Source of the DNA: Octopus sinensis
Lineage: Eukaryota
Direction of reading: 5' to 3'
Length of the DNA: 64,000 nucleotides
NCBI RefSeq assembly: GCF_006345805.1
Contig: NC_042998.1
Location: 129,394,001-129,458,000 of the forward strand
The position numbers and the translations under genes were made by a program. Of the stretch, positions 15,486 through 28,255 are shown piece after piece; position 1 is the stretch's first letter; the number at the start of each line of letters is the position of its first letter. Under the pieces are notes generated by a model. It ran no database searches, was not told where the DNA came from, and saw nothing but the letters and a program-made list of their open reading frames with translations.

Positions 15486-16399
15486 CAGCCAACCACCTTA
15501 AACTACATTGTTGAGGAATTGTGATAGCTATTTAACAGACACACATATTGACATATACACACTTGTTTATTTCTTCATAATATTGTAAATTAGAAAGTGT
15601 TAAATACTACATCACGCTATCAAGAAATAAAACAATGTGTATATAACTCTTTTTAATTGCTTTTCGGTGGTTGCACGATATAATGGTTTCAGTTTCAACA
15701 GAAGATCTCACATTAAGCGACTTGACAATGTATGTATGTATGTATGTATGTATGTATGTATGTATGTATGTATGTATGTATGTATGTATGTATGTATGTA
15801 TGTATGTATGTATGTATGTATATGTATGTGTATATATATATATATAATATATATAATCATATATCAAGGACACACAAATGCACCTACCTGCTAGAAATAA
15901 GGGGTAAAACCCTCTTTTAAGCCACCAATAATAACACTGAAAATTATGACAGAAAATCGGCAGTAGTCGAGCGAACGGGCCCAAAAAAAGCAAAAAAATA
16001 TTTCACATACCTATATAGCCCAATGTCATATATTTCTTAGTATTTGGATACACGTGAACCGGTTTCTGGTTTGACGTAGAGTCTCACCTTCCTCAGCACG
16101 TATTACCGGTTGAAAAATTTATTCAATCCATCCCGTTGAAATCTGCTGTCGCTCAGAATTATTTTGCATCAAAATTCGAACAGCCACAGTGTAAAAATAC
16201 CAAAAAATAGAGCAAATATTCAAGAGTAAATATTTATAGAGAAATTGTTATTGTTATTATTATCCAAAGTAATATAAATAGTTGATAATAGCAACAATAA
16301 TATAGGGTTTTAACTCTTATTGCTAGCAGGCAGGCACAGTTATGTGCCCTTATGATTGATATAAATTTTAATTCTGCTGCTAAATAATGCTATTTTAGA

Positions 16400-18000
16400 C
16401 CTGCAACAACTTATTGTTGTTATTATTGCCCTGGATAATAGTAATAATAATATCCATATAAATATTCACTCCTGAATATTTGCTCCTTATTGGTATTTTT
16501 ACGCTGAAGCTGTTCTGATTTTGGCGCAAAACAATTCAGAACGCTAGCAGACTTCAATGTGACGGGTTGAATAAATTTTAGATAAATCTTAAATAATATT
16601 TCCCCACACCCTACCTTAATCCTTATTATCATTTTCCTTCTCTTTCTGATAATTATTTTTGTTAAAATACCTCTCTCTATATACTAACCTTCTCTATTCT
16701 ATCAAATTATTATTCTTATAATACTCGGCACTTCAATTCATCTTATACTATATGGATATATACTTATTACTTATCCACCCCCTCTTGTAACTACATGACC
16801 CACCTCATATTGATCTAACATCTCTTCCAAATCTCCATAAACCTCCCTTTCTCTCAATATATTTGTAGATCTTTCCTTAATATATATACCTTCTTTTTAT
16901 ATATTTTTTCTTTTGCATAATGTTGCTTAGACACACCCATCTCTTACCTATTCTAATTATTATTAATTAATCTTAATTGCTAATTGACAATCTGCTTGAT
17001 ACTTAATTACGTCTTACAACTGATATATGTAAACACTTATAATACTTCTTGGTGTCCAATTTGCCCATATATAATTTTTCTTTTCTTTTTTTTTCTTTCT
17101 TCTTGGTAATCTATTCCATTTGTATAGTGGTGGAGGCACTCCGTCGGTTACGACGACGGGTGTTCCGGTTGATCCAAATCAACGGAACAGCCTGCTCGTG
17201 AAATTAACGTGTAAGTGGCTGAGCACTCCACAGACACGTGTACCCTTAACGTAGTTCTCGGGGATATTCAGCGTGACACAGAGAGTGACAAGACCGGCCC
17301 TTTGAAATACAGATACAACAGAAACAGGAAGTAAGAGTGAGAGAAAGTTGTGGTGAAAGAGTACAGCAGGGATCACCACCATCCCCTGCCGGAGCCTCGT
17401 GGAGCTTTAGGTGTTTTCGCTCAATAAACACTCACAACGCCCGGTCTGGGAATCGAAACCGCGATCCTATGACCGCGAGTCCGCTGCCCTAACCACTGGG
17501 CCATTGCGCCTCCACTATTTGTATAATATGTACTTTAAAACATACCTCTCTCAACTATTCCAATTTTATTATTGTCTAAAGTTGCTTGCCAACCTATCTG
17601 ATATTTAATTACGTCTTACAGCTGATATGTGTTTACACATATATAATAATTCTTGGTGCCCTACTCTTCTACACAATGTATGCACTTACAGATATCGTTT
17701 TTATTTATCTTTTTGTGATGTACATCTAATTGATATTATTCATATATTCGTTTTTTGGCCCTATCTTTACACCGGTATAAGTATTCTCTATTTGGAGTGT
17801 ATATTACTTAACTACTTATTTTTATATAGTGAGAATGTTTCTTAAACATGTTTCACTTATATTTTCAAATAACCGTTAGCCACATCAGTTTTAGTTTTTT
17901 CACAACTAGACTCAACAACGCATTTTTAAGTATGCTCTTAATCTTTCATAAGGATTAAATATGTATATCCGAATATGTTATTTGCTATTTCCCACATCAA
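16400..18000 (-). pseudogene. Highly decayed Penelope-like element remnant (GIY-YIG-like segment present twice), split by a SINE
   Basis: Minus-strand translation near 17560-17700 resembles a PLE GIY-YIG start (RIIIYV*THISCKT*LNIR*VG); a diverged duplicate lies at about 16960-17060. Many stops, so the call is weak. Confidence 0.4.
17125..17515 (-). mobile_element. tRNA-derived SINE, family C, near full length
   Basis: Minus-strand head gtggaggcgcaatggcccagtggttagggcagcggac...ggtttcgattcccagacc with A- and B-box-like motifs. Confidence 0.85.
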
Positions 18001-18616
18001 GTCTTCTGTAACAATAATAATAATTTTTTGATATATTCTTTTTTGCATTGAGGAGAACAGTGATATGTAATTAATTAAATTTAATTTAATTTAATTCATT
18101 TCCATGTTGATACTGCTGTTCGAAACGATCGAATGCATGTATTAACATTTTAAAATTATAACATCTTCTCTTTTCCATCTTTAACAGTTTGTTGAATTTC
18201 TATGGGAAACCTTTCAATAAATTCTCATCACACACCATATACACGTAATGATTTCATATTCACTAAGATCTTTCGCCAGTAAGCTACCAATGAGATATGA
18301 AGAATCTGTGTTAGAAAGTGAAGGAGGAAATCGAATTCAACCCTTTCACAGACACACGCACACACACACATAATGAATGAAGGAAACGGAAAATGAATTT
18401 AGCGAAAATATTTATGCAACATAATGATCGTTTCGACCCATCCTGCATCTATCCCTTACGCGTGGGATATAGTACACCCAGTTGTGTTGCATCCAAACTC
18501 AATGAACGCTGCGGAATTCCTGACGTATATCCAGAGGCAATTATATAGTAACTGTGGATGACATCAGCAAGCCTAAACAGTGAAAATCTTCACCAAAGTC
18601 CAAATAATTATATATT

Positions 18617-18651
<35 letters not shown>

Positions 18652-19255
18652 GTGTGTGTGTGTGCGTGTGTGTGTGACGTGATGTATATGAGTATATGTG
18701 TCTGCATTATATATACTTACATATGTAGCTACGCATACGCACAAATGTATGCTTATGCTCACGAGTACATACATGCAAGCAACGGATATACATTTATACA
18801 TACACATATTAAATCGCTCATAGATATAGATATAACTTTGAAATCTACTGTTTCAACCTCCCTCTGGAGAAGAAGCAAACTGATTATACAACGAACGTTA
18901 TGTCTTAATGAACCGAAAATTGGTATTTACTGTAATATTTTCTAGTCTTATTGAATCTTCATCAGAGAAATAATATCCATCTTATGTCCATCGAAAAATT
19001 AGTAGTGTATAGGTAATGATAACGTAAGGTAAAATTCATCTAAACTGCTATTAGTGACTTGTATGGCATTTACTCTTTGTTGTCCGAATATATGGTATTG
19101 GTCACGCTGTGTTATTTTTCTGTTTTATTTTGCACACAGACAAATAGACAGACAGACAAACAGACATACACATTGTCACTCACACACACATTCACACACA
19201 CATTTATATATATCTTCATGTGAATGCATATGTATGTGTATATATACATACTTAC

Positions 19256-19296
<41 letters not shown>

Positions 19297-21132
19297 CGTG
19301 TGTGTGTGTACAATGACAGAAAGTAGGGGAGAAAACGTGACAGAGAGGACGAGTGGCTGTGCGTGTGTGAGAGAAAGAAAGAGAGAGGTGGTGGGACATA
19401 TATGCCGTCTAGTCGAGATGTTCACTTGTTAAACATCGAATAGAAGTTTCCCAGCCGATGTGTGATACCTTGGCCTGATGTGTTTCGTTGTGATCTCAGT
19501 TTGACTTTTGGATTGTGAACGGAAATCGGAAGACTCTTGTTAGTAGGTCGGGAGATGTCATGGATGCTGCTCATTGGCCCGTTTGACTCAAGGAGCGCTG
19601 ACTGGTTGTAAACACCCCGTACACGTACAGTCATGATACGTTTTCATAGGAATATGCATCTGATTAAGGGAGTAATTTCCCGGTGAATACTTTTCATTGT
19701 AGTTCAGTTTCCATTACCCTTTATGCCATTTCTGTTAATCCTCCAACGACGTTAAAAAAATATGAAAGATGCAATTCTCACTAGCTTACACCTGATGAAA
19801 TGAATGGAGCTCATTACTTGTTAATAAATTGCGCGACAAAATATTAATCAATTAGATCTCTTTATTATACTGGTGCATGACTTATATAAATATTAGTCAC
19901 ATCTTATTATCATATTAACGTCGTAGAGAAGAGAAGTAAGGAATGTGGTCAGTATATGTAAAATGGGCGTTTTAAAAAACGTCATGCGGTAATGCCTGCG
20001 CGGGTAGAACAAGTCAACTTCTACTGGTTCCGGTCATCGCACAACTCAGATGTCCAATTAGTCTGCTTTATAACATAATTCCAATAGTTTGTCTCACATC
20101 AAACAACACTGCGACTTTGAGACAGGTTTTACGTTCTTTCAGCGTGTACGTGATTCAAGCTACTACGAATAACGACTACGTTATTTCACTGAAAACCACC
20201 TTCTTAAACAAAGAAGCCCATTTTAGATATTGAAAAAAACGGGATGGTCACAGCTGGAACATCTTTGATCATAGGTCTTGTTGCTCAGCACTGAACAATA
20301 AAAGCAACAACCGCTAGCCGGTTATCATGCTGCTGCTGGATCGCTCCAATTCAGTGCACGGTAAATATATTTATTAAGTCTTCGTACTTGTACCGTCACC
20401 TACCTGATGTCAAACCGATTCCTTTCTTTTTTTCTTTTCATTTATTTTTGTCGTAACATTAACTATTCTAGTAAGGTACTGACTCCCAGAGATTTATGAC
20501 TTCAGTCACAACAGGTGAAGCTCTGATTTCAATGTAATGTAGCCGTGTTACAACATTAGAAGGCTATAAAATTAATTCACGAAGCCATGTTGTTAATGTA
20601 AACTTGAAAGCATGTACTTTTGTGCTGGCCTGAAATCTAATCAACTATTTATTCTGTAGCTTTCTATTCAGCCATTTTATCTAACCCACGTCGATTGCAC
20701 ATGAAAATAACATTAATATCTTACGCGCTGTCGAGATTATTAAGTAAAGCCACGGCACCATGATTAATTTCATGTACTTGAAGTGAGTACACTTCTGTAA
20801 AAAGACGGATGGAGAACAGGTTAATAGTATTTGAAGGTTGTGGTTTTCTGGTTGGATTCAATATATTTTCAAATATTCCGTGGTGAAGGCCATATAGTAA
20901 GCTCTATCAGTTCATTTATATGATAAATGCATTTCGGAAAAGTATGGCGGCTACTAAATTGCATAAATTCCTCATTAAACGTGTGGCTCTTTGCGTAACT
21001 CTGTGAGAAAACTCTATGAATATACATAAACACGTGTATGTGTACATGTATTTATATATTACGTATATATAACTGTGGGTATTCATATATATAGTATATA
21101 TATATGTATATATGTGTATAATATGAATATAC

Positions 21133-21216
<84 letters not shown>

Positions 21217-22450
21217 CTTTGTGCGTGTGCGCGCGATTGTGTGTATTTATATATACAAAAACAAGGAGAGTGAGCAAGTCCATTTAATTCATTGATTTAC
21301 AATTGTTTCCTGAACGTTATTAGGAAATAACGTTTATGCAAGATTCCCAAGAATCTGTCATGCATTTTCTGTCTATGATACCTCACGTATCACCAGTTGC
21401 TTATATTGTTGCATAACACTAGCGTAACTAGCTGACCCTGTGCCGTCAAAAATGACGGCTATTTCTGGCATTTTTTAAATATAAATAAGGTATAAAATAA
21501 GGTACATAATAATCGGATACAAACATTCACTCATTTCCCTTGTACATGCAGACACATATACTCAGAGTTGAAATGCTGTTTGATTTTTCAGCATTGAACA
21601 TTCACCATCCCATTTCCATTGCACACACACACACACACACACGCGCGCGCGCGCACGCACACACACACAAACACATTCGCATACTTCCCTTTTACATACA
21701 CACATATACTCACACAGAGTTGAAATGGTGATTTTCGCCCATTCCTTCCGTATTCATCTATCACCCCTTCCTTTCTTGCATTGCTATTACGTTCTTTCTC
21801 TCTCTCTCTCAGTCAGGGCCATTACTCTCACTACTTCCTTCTCCTCTCACCTCACTTATACTACTCTTTCTCCTACTCTGATCTACTGCTATTCTGTGAT
21901 TCGACTTATATATATAAATATAAATAAATATATAATAATATATATATATATATATATATATTATATACATATATATATATATATTATATATATATATATA
22001 TATACACATATATATGCATATATATATATATTATATAATATATATATGTATGTATTCCCTTTCACCCTACTCCCTTCCTTCTTCCCTCTTTCTCCCTCCT
22101 CCTTCCCTCTTCCACTTCCTCTCGCCACTTGCTCCCTCATCCCCTCTCTCTCTCCCCCCTCTCCCTCTTTCCTCCTTCCCCCACTCCTTCCTCCTTCCTT
22201 TCTCCTTCCTCCTCCTTCCTCCCCCTCCTCCTCCCCTTCCTCTCCCCTCCTCTCTCTCCCCCATCCTCTCCTCTCCTCCCCCCTCCCCAGCCCCTCCTCT
22301 CCATTCCCCTCTCCTCCCCTCTCCTTCCCCTCCCCTCTCCTCCCCCTCCCCCTCTTCTCCTCACTACACCACACGACTTTACACATCACATCATATATGA
22401 TGTGCCATACTAATACATACACCAACTAATACATACTAATAATACTAATA

Positions 22451-22733
22451 CATACACCAACCTATACATACACACGTCCAGACCCTCATACGCACTTATA
22501 CTCTCTCATACACACAACACACACACTTATACATACTAATACGTACTAATACCTACTAATACATACTAATACATACACCAACCCCATACATACGCACGTC
22601 CAGACCTATCCTACGCACTAATACTCTCTCATACACACACACACACACACACACACCCCTATACATACTAATACATAATATACATACACCAACCCTATAC
22701 ATACACACGTCCAGACCTCTCCTACGCACTAAT
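22451..22733. repeat. Minisatellite, about 3 copies of a 111-121 bp unit
   Basis: catacaccaacc..tatacatacacacgtccagacc recurs at 22451, 22572 and 22683. Confidence 0.85.
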
Positions 22734-22902
22734 AGCTGGTCATTCAACCTATTATCAACCCTATTATCTCCCCTTATTTCGCTCTCGCGTCTCATGTTTG
22801 ATCTTTGACCTCTGGCCGAAATCAGATCGCCATGTGCTTCGTTAGTTACTGCACGCATTTTTTTTTCTCTCCTTCTTCTGTGTTTGTTTTCTCTCTGTGT
22901 AT

Positions 22903-22937
22903 CTTCTGTTGAAGAGCGTAGGCTCGAAACGTTAAAG
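22903..22937 (+). ncRNA. Hammerhead-like motif, variant core CTGTTGA
   Basis: CTGTTGA-a-GAGC gtag GCTC-GAAACGTT-aaag; stem I weak in this copy; same family as 55826 and 62183. Confidence 0.5.
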
Positions 22938-23351
22938 ACTTGTTTTATTTATATTTCCTGAGCGCCATACTAATAATTGTTTGTTTGTTTTCCACCTGCC
23001 TTCGTCTTTTGTCTATTTTCATAAAGCTTCCGTTATATATATATATATATATATATATATTAATCAATATAAGGGTAGCCAAAGATTCAATAGAATTTTT
23101 TTTCGCCACCAGCGGTCTAGTGAGAAAGAGAAAATAGTCACAGACTATATATTAATTTCAAAACATATTAAGGAATGACCTTTGGACAAAGATGATTAGA
23201 GTAAATGTTTTTAATTTTCCTTTGATTCTGAATTACTACTATTTAGCGGTTTGAGTTTGGCTGCTCTTTCTGGTGAGTCGAATGGCCGATCAGGGCCATT
23301 TCTTAATATTGTTGAAATATATATATATATTATATATATATAAATAAATAT

Positions 23352-23429
<78 letters not shown>

Positions 23430-23545
23430 TATATATAGTAAATCCCCAAAAGAATGATGAATAAACACAAAAAGCAACAACGCGAGGATGTGGTACTTGT
23501 ACAGTATTAGTAGCACAACGCTCAGGGAAGAAAAGAAAGATGATT

Positions 23546-23578
23546 AACGTTTCGAGCAACACGCCCTTCTTCAGGAAC
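23546..23578 (-). ncRNA. Hammerhead core with unpaired stem I (degenerate)
   Basis: Minus strand reads CTGAAGA-a-GGGC gtgtt GCTC-GAAACGTT; flanks do not form stem I. Confidence 0.45.
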
Positions 23579-23652
23579 AGAGAAAAAGTCCGATAGAAAG
23601 GAAACGGAGGAAGAAAATCGCCACGATTCACATGTGGTTACATTTTACATGG

Positions 23653-23697
<45 letters not shown>

Positions 23698-23754
23698 ATA
23701 TAATATATTATAATATATATTGTATTCTATAAACAGATAATGCAATCACGCCTT

Positions 23755-24560
23755 TTGTTTAATTTAAAAACGGTGGTCCACGGTGAAATCAGGTCGGCTA
23801 TGGCTTTGACTATTTTCACTGGAAGTTTAGCAAGTTGAGGGGCTTCTAGCATCCGTGGGTAGGGAACAGAGTCAAAATCTTTCTTGTAGTCTAGCCATAT
23901 TAAATCTAAGTTCCTTCAGTGTCTCCGTACCTCTGACATTACGGTTTTGTTTATTAACAATTGCTCGGCACATCCCAGACTCTCTTCTTCTCAGCTGCTT
24001 GTTCTGCTGTGATGATGTTATTCCTTTCAGTCGTCTTGGAGGAAGGGGTCCACACATGCTGTATACATTTTACACATTATGCTCTGGTATACATGTGGCC
24101 GGTAGTGTTTTGCCATGCGAGTGGTTCTGCATTTGGGAATCAGTTTCGTCTCTGCCAGAGCTAACTAGTGTGGTATTCTACTATTCCTATTGAGAGACTG
24201 CTGGCACAGGTAAATAAGGTATGGTCTGTAGAAGGTTAGCTTCTTGTACCAATATCCAACAGTGAAGTGTCTTCCAGGTGTTTTTCCATCCTGAAGTTTC
24301 TGGATCACAGTTCCAAGGGTATCACCATCAATGCTGTATGTCTTGGGTGTAATGCATGTACAATGACTTCGAATTTTTTCAAGTCACAGAGCATCTTGGC
24401 TAAACTTTTCCTTGCTCTAGATTTTCCTCCAGAGGGAGTCTATGTCTTCGCGTGAAGGAGCTTCTCTGATATTCACTGCTTCTCTACTCGTGTTTCTGTA
24501 TACTGCTACCTGGTTCCGGTTAAATATTTTGTTTATTGTTTTATCTCTCGGTTATTCTGC
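23755..24560 (-). pseudogene. R4/Dong-like RLE non-LTR retrotransposon RT fragment
   Basis: Minus-strand frames give GKTPGRHFTVGYWYKKLTFYRPYL, LGCAEQLLINKT and WLDYKKDFDSVP, typical RLE-clade RT motifs; frameshifts and stops present. Confidence 0.75.
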
Positions 24561-24914
24561 TCTGATATCGGAGTTTCTCACTGACAGCTTTTAGCTCCTG
24601 CTTGAGGGTGCTCAGGTTGTATGTATGTATGTATGTATGTATGTATGTATGTATGTATGTATGTATGTATGTATGTGTGTATGTATGTGTGTATGTATGT
24701 ATGTATGTATATGTATGTATGTATGTATGTATGCATTATGCATGCATATATATATATATTTATGTATTTATGTATGTATCTAAGTATGTATTTATGCATG
24801 TATGCATATAGGTATGTATGTGTATGTGTGTATATGAATGTATGTATGCTGTAGTTATGTATGTATATTTGTATTTATATATGGATGTATGTATTTATAT
24901 ATTTAGATATATAT

Positions 24915-26500
24915 TGACATTATCCTAAAACCCCTATGTAGTCACACACCCAGTTTTATTCGGGATGACATCGATTTCCTGTCACATCAGCCCAAAGCAA
25001 CAGAATCCAATTCACTGTTTGTTAGTTTTGATGTAACAAACTTATATAAGAATATTCCTCATGATTTGAGAATTACTGCCATAAAATATTGAATGGAGAA
25101 ACATAGAGAAGTGATCCTCAGTAGACTTACTGTAACCTACATACTAGACACGGCCAGCCTCATCCTCGAAAACAATACATTCCTTTTCAACGGAAAAAAA
25201 CTACCTCCAAATTCGGGGCACAACTACTGGGACGCGATTTGCTCCATTCTTCGCGAATTCAGTATTGCGATACTTGGAACAAAATCTATATAAAAAGATA
25301 GAAGAGAACTACGGCATAACCTTCAGATGACATATACAGAAAATATGGAAAAGATACCTCGATGATTGTTTCCTAATTCGGACCAAATCTCGAGAAAATC
25401 TGGAATAATTCAGCACCCTCCTCAACAATCTACACCTTACTCTCAAATTCACAAGAGAAATAAGCAACACACAGTTACCATTTCTTGACATAATGGTAAT
25501 TAAAAATAATCCTATTGATATTTATTACAAAAGTACAGGTACACACCAGTACCTAAATTTCAAATCATGCCACCCAACACATACAAAACGCAACATCCCG
25601 CAATGTCTAGATAGAAAAATTGTACTATAGTAGATGATCCAAATACCAAGAACATACGACTTATAGAACTCAGAGGATTTCTACTCAAGCAAAAATACCC
25701 CTCTTACTTCTAGAATATAGCATACAACGAGCAAAAGAGAAACCTATAAAACAACTTAAGGGGACACGAGAAAGACGAACCCATCAACGGAACACGATAC
25801 CATTTCTAGTAACACACAATCCGCTCACTCAAACATTTTTACCATCATTGAAACAAATTTGCCAGTGAAAAATTATTTAAAAAAAAATCATAGGCGCAGG
25901 AGTGGCTGTGTGGTAAATAGCTTGTTTACCAGCCACATGGTTCCGGTTCAGTCCCACTGCGTGGCACCTTGGGCAAGTGTCTTCTACTATAGCCTCGGGC
26001 CGACGAAAGCCTTGTGAGTGGATTTGGTAGACGGAAACTGAAAGAAACCCGTCGTAGGTATGTATATATATATATATGCGTGTGTGTGTTTGTGTGAGTG
26101 TGTTTGTCCCCCTAGCATTGCTTGACAACCGATGCTAGTGTGTTTATGTCCCCGTTACTTAGCGGCTCGGCAAAAGAGACAGATAGAATAAGTACTGGGC
26201 TTACAAAAGAATAAGTCCCGGGGTCGAGTTGCTCGAATAAATGCAGTGCTCCAGCATGGCCGCAGTCAAATGACTGAAACAAGTAAAAGAGTAAAGAGTA
26301 AAAGAGATAACTAATCAAACACTTATCTTAAGCAAAAGGTAACCACATTACCTAATGAAACTAGTAACAAAGGTTAAATTCAACATGAACTAGCAGGATG
26401 AAACATTCACAGTATCCAAGTGTAATGATAATACATGTGGAACGTGTCAATACATGCATACTGGTAGATCCATTTAAAAAGAAAACGGACAGATTTTCGG
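24915..26500 (+). pseudogene. Penelope-like retroelement RT fossil, interrupted by SINE A at 25892-26306
   Basis: Plus-strand frames give SFDVTNLYKNIP, GTTTGTRFAP, WKRYLDDCF, LPFLDIMV, YYKSTGTHQYLNFKSCHPTHTKRNIP, and after the SINE KCNDNTCGTCQYMHTG (Cys-rich linker preceding GIY-YIG). Confidence 0.9.
25892..26306 (+). mobile_element. tRNA-derived SINE family A, full length
   Basis: ggcgcaggagtggctgtgtggtaa...ggttcagtcccactgcgtggcaccttgggcaagtg...gactgaaacaagtaaaagag. Confidence 0.9.
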
Positions 26501-26988
26501 AGATGCAGATATGAACAGCAAAAGCAGGTATAAAAAGGAGAAGTCAGTCAGTTTACTACAGCTGTCAAGAACTCAACTGTCAGTTAAATATACTCTGATA
26601 TCTGATGATTACTATGAAAGTATGAAAGCGTATGATGAACATTACAATTTTTGTTTTTTAATTTTTAACACACTTGAACATAGTAAAAAATTTGTTTTTA
26701 AATACAACAATAAAGAACGTGAAGACCAGACCATGTAACTTTATTCAACTGATATACATACATACATACATACATACATAAATACATACATATATATATT
26801 GTGTGTGTGTGTGTGGATCCTCTCTCTCTTCTCTCTCTCTCTCTACATATATATATATATATATAATATATATTGTATAGAGGGCATTATTACACATAAA
26901 TGCCTCACACTAGGAGGACAAAGTCATTACTACCAAAAATTATACTAATCATACCCAATGCAGTTTTTCAAAGCAAGACATTTAAAAT

Positions 26989-27057
26989 GAATTATGTTCT
27001 GTATCACCGTGATTTCACATACAACTTGCGTCTAATGATCGTCAGCAGAACTGATTC
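26989..27057 (-). ncRNA. Type I hammerhead ribozyme, 476-bp family, copy 1
   Basis: Reverse complement of 27711-27779. Confidence 0.8.
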
Positions 27058-27710
27058 TGAATACATCATAAATAAACTACCAACCTTACGTAGCGGAGAC
27101 GAACATCAACTGCTCACTCCGGCCAAGCACATGGTGTTTATAAATCATATATCCGGTAAATGGCGGCTTTTTACGAACTGCATGTCGGGTAATGAAAAGT
27201 ATTTCGGAATAAGTTTAACAATTAAGGATAATCTCTTAATAAGGGATCTTAACAAAAAATATCGGGTAGCTAGCGTGAAAACCTCATAAAAGAAAAGAAT
27301 CCGAAAATAATTTTTTTCTTTTGAACAAATTAATTATATCTATATTGTATAGAGGGCATTATTACACATAAATGCCTCACACTAGGAGGGACAAAGTCAT
27401 TACTACCAAAAATTATACTAATCATATAATTAATTTGTTCAAAAGAAAAAAATTATTTTCGGATTCTTTTCTTTTATGAGGTTTTCACGCTAGCTACCCG
27501 ATAATTTTTTGTTAAGATCCCTTATTAAGAGATTATCCTTAATTGTTAAACTTATTCCGAAATACTTTTCATTACCCGACATGCAGTTCGTAAAAAGCCC
27601 GCCATTTACCGGATATATGATTTATAAACATTCCATGTGCTTGGCCGGAGTGAGCAGTTGTCTGTTCGTCTCCGCTACGTAAGGTTGGTAGTTTATTTAT
27701 GATGTATTCA

Positions 27711-27779
27711 GAATCAGTTCTGCTGACGATCATTAGACGCAAGTTGTATGTGAAATCACGGTGATACAGAACATAATTC
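27711..27779 (+). ncRNA. Type I hammerhead ribozyme, 476-bp family, copy 2
   Basis: Stem I GTTCTG/CAGAAC (extended GAAT/ATTC); core CTGACGA 27723-27729; stem II CAT..GAC-GCAA-GTT..ATG; GAAA; near-palindromic stem III ATCAC-G-GTGAT; triplet ATA, predicted cut after 27766. Confidence 0.8.
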
Positions 27780-28186
27780 ATTTTTAAATGTCTTGCTTTG
27801 AAAAACTGCATTTGGGTATGATTAGTATCATTTTTGGTAGTAATGACTTTGTCCTCCTAGTGTGAGGCATTTATGTGTAATAATGCCCTTTATACAATAT
27901 AGATATAATTAATTTGTTCAAAAGAAAAAAATTATTTTCGGATTCTTTTCTTTTATGAGGTTTTCACGCTAGCTACCGATAATTTTTTGTAAGATCCCTA
28001 TTAAGAGATTATCCTTAATTGTAAACTTATTCCGAAATACTTTTCATTACCCGACATGCAGTTCGTAAAAAGCCCGCCATTTACCGGATATTGATTTATA
28101 AACATTCCATGTGCTTGGCCGGAGTGAGCAGTTGTGTTCGTTCGTCTCCGCTACGTAAGGTTGGTAGTTTATTTATGATGTATTCA

Positions 28187-28255
28187 GAATCAGTTCTGCT
28201 GACGATCATTAGACGCAAGTTGTATGTGAAATCACGGTGATACAGAACATAATTC
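28187..28255 (+). ncRNA. Type I hammerhead ribozyme, 476-bp family, copy 3
   Basis: Identical to 27711-27779, 476 bp downstream; predicted cut after 28242. Confidence 0.8.

Noticed and set aside
18925-18970. Minus-strand CTGATGA...GAAAATATTA
   Set aside because: Stem II is imperfect and stem I does not pair; at best a decayed HHR.
19785-19825. CTGATGA followed by an AATGA/TCATT hairpin
   Set aside because: No GAAA after the hairpin.
26255-26290. cagtc-aaat-gactgaaac hairpin at the SINE A tail
   Set aside because: Resembles stem II plus GAAA but lacks a CUGANGA core.
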